From: Isurus oxyrinchus
Lineage: Eukaryota
Reading direction: 5' to 3'
Assembly: GCA_026770705.1 (NCBI GenBank)
Contig: JANJGN010000210.1
Span: forward strand, 620,001-684,000
DNA length: 64,000 bases
Under the pieces are notes generated by a model, which made no database searches, was not told where the DNA came from, and saw only the letters and a list, made by a program, of their open reading frames with translations. The position numbers and the translations under genes are program-made. Of the stretch, positions 63,448 to 64,000 are shown in pieces; the first letter of the stretch is position 1; each line of letters opens with the position of its first letter.

Positions 63448-64000
63448 GTTAGAGACGTATGCAATAAGGGTACAACTGTAATCATGGGTGACTTTAATCT
63501 ACATATTGATTGGGCAACCAAACTAGCAATAATACTGTGGAGGACGATTCCTGGAGTCTGTACGTGATGGTTGTTTAGGCCAATACGTTGAGGAGCCAAC
63601 TGGAGAGCAGGTTATCCGAGACTGGGTATTGTGCAATGAGAAAGGATTAATTAACAACCTTGTTGTGCAGGGTCCCTGGGGGAAGAGCTACAATAACATG
63701 ATAGAATTGTTCATTAAGGTGGAGAGTGAAGGACTTGAATCCGAAACTAGTGTCCTGGATCTAAATAAAGGGAACTGCAAGGTTATGAGGGGAGAGTTGG
63801 CAATGATGGATTAGGGAACCTTACGAAAAGAGCTGACAATGGATCGGCAATGGTTAATATTTAAGGAACGTATACAACAATTATTCATTCCCGTCTGGCG
63901 CAAACATAGTATGGGAAAGATGGTTCAACCATGGATTACAAAAGAAATTTGGGATAGTATTAGATCCAACGAGTAGACATAAAAAATTTCCAGAAAAAGC
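63448..64000 (+). mobile_element. CR1 endonuclease region interrupting the second cassette between D and the expected V
   Basis: IMGDFN and DWVLCNEKGLINNL; homology to 52560-53070 stops at about 63420. Confidence 0.85.

Overview
Vertebrate genomic DNA, almost certainly a cartilaginous fish (shark), inferred from the NAR-TCR gene segments and the CR1/Penelope/SINE repeat content. Bases 1-44 kb are a cluster of KRAB-less tandem C2H2 zinc-finger genes on the minus strand (one intact, several decayed). They share duplicated NRF1/YY1/CCAAT-type promoter modules and are interspersed with CR1, L2, RTE, Tx1 and Penelope-like retroelements. Bases 48.8-54 kb hold a complete minus-strand NAR-TCR cassette: leader, IgNAR-like V (22-RSS), D (12/12-RSS), J (23-RSS), then a leaderless supporting TCR-delta V into which J splices in frame. 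A second, broken copy lies at 61.2-63.4 kb. The most unusual signal is that the supporting V is followed by a head-to-tail array of seven near-consensus 23-RSSs (mostly 62-bp period) instead of one, and the same array recurs in the paralogous cassette. In that paralog the V, D and J each carry a deletion spanning the heptamer/coding border, which resembles germline RAG scars. Coordinates were read by eye; repeat boundaries are approximate and novelty could not be checked against databases.
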